A model generated the notes under the pieces. The model did no database searches and was not told where the DNA came from. It worked only from the letters and a program-made list of their open reading frames with translations. Both the position numbers and the translations under genes were made by a program. This document shows positions 6,304 to 7,282 of a DNA stretch of 7,282 nucleotides, piece by piece. Each line of letters begins with the position of its first letter. Position 1 is the stretch's first letter. This stretch comes from Octopus sinensis (Eukaryota): NCBI RefSeq assembly GCF_006345805.1, contig NW_021828956.1, positions 1 through 7,282 of the forward strand, given 5' to 3'.

Positions 6304-6821
6304 GACTCTGTACTGATTGGTAATACAGTATGGGCAGATTTTCGAAATCCAATGAATCTTTATACATTTATACATTTATACAAATACCCGTTTTCAAGGA
6401 GATATGATAAACCTATTATAATGGGTAATACTACATGTGCTTTTCATATCTTTTATATTGTGATATAATTCTTTGGACTAATAATGATTGCAGCTGAAGA
6501 GAACTTTAAACCATCTTTTATATCTATTTTACACTGATGTAATAACGGATTGTTTATAAAGCTTGAAACACGTGTACCGCGATATCCTTTGTGTTCTGTT
6601 TTTAATTTATATATACATATATATAAAATACAAAAATGGGACAAGAACGCAAAACATCCAGATAGACGATACAAAGTAAACAAGGACAGGTCATTCGGAG
6701 TTTTCTTTCCTCAGTTGAGTTCCAGCTTATCTTTGCAATTTCAGCTGATTATACTCAAGATTGCTCCAATCTGGCCAGCCCCAAGGAAAAACTAAACTAA
6801 GACCATTAGATTCCTTGGATG

Positions 6822-6824
<3 letters not shown>

Positions 6825-6870
<46 letters not shown>

Positions 6871-6950
6871 ATGTGTAATATATAACACACACACACAACA
6901 CATCTATATAACACATATACATATATGTGCATATATATAGAGAGAGGGTG
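6825..6950. repeat. (AT)20 followed by (CA)n and (AG)n low complexity
   Basis: Read directly; perfect (AT)n at 6825-6865. Confidence 0.95.
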
Positions 6951-7020
6951 TGCAAACACATTATCAGAGAATTGAAATTAATTGTTGTGTTTCAAGCACA
7001 TCCAGTCATCCAGTCATGCC

Positions 7021-7101
7021 TATAGTATGTATGTATGTATGTGTGTATGTATGTATGTATGTATGTGTGTGGGTGTGTGTGTGTGTATATATATAAATAT
7101 A

Positions 7102-7141
<40 letters not shown>

Positions 7142-7220
7142 CATAGATATAAGTATGTGTATTAATGTATATGATATATGTTGTGCATGTGTTGTGTATA
7201 CCTGTATATATAAGATATAG

Positions 7221-7282
<62 letters not shown>
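7021..7282. repeat. (TATG)n/(TG)n/(TA)n compound microsatellite running off the window end
   Basis: Read directly; perfect (TA)28 at 7227-7282. Confidence 0.95.

Overview
A 7.3 kb AT-rich, microsatellite-saturated eukaryotic window with no complete protein-coding gene. From memory, the repeat families resemble those of Octopus/coleoid cephalopods; this is unverified. A perfect splice donor (CAG|GTGAGT) at 20/21 suggests the window starts at the end of a + strand exon and is largely intronic. Positions 1-2365 and 6825-7282 are mostly (TA)n/(CA)n/(TATG)n simple repeats. Positions 2366-6300 are a patchwork of retroelement relics. First comes an ~800 bp imperfect (TACA)n array, fused to a 5'-truncated non-LTR retrotransposon end encoding a restriction-like (PD-D/E-xK) endonuclease, probably of the R4/Dong type. 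A 9-nt TACATACAT spacer follows, then a second, more decayed copy from a different subfamily. Further on are two tRNA-headed SINEs (one an internal tandem dimer), two RTE-like 3' tails ending in (GAT)n, and smaller tail fragments. The best lead is apparent repeated, co-oriented insertion of RLE retrotransposons into (TACA)n, i.e. microsatellite target specificity. Nearly all ORFs in the supplied track are simple-repeat artefacts; the exception is 3189..3557.
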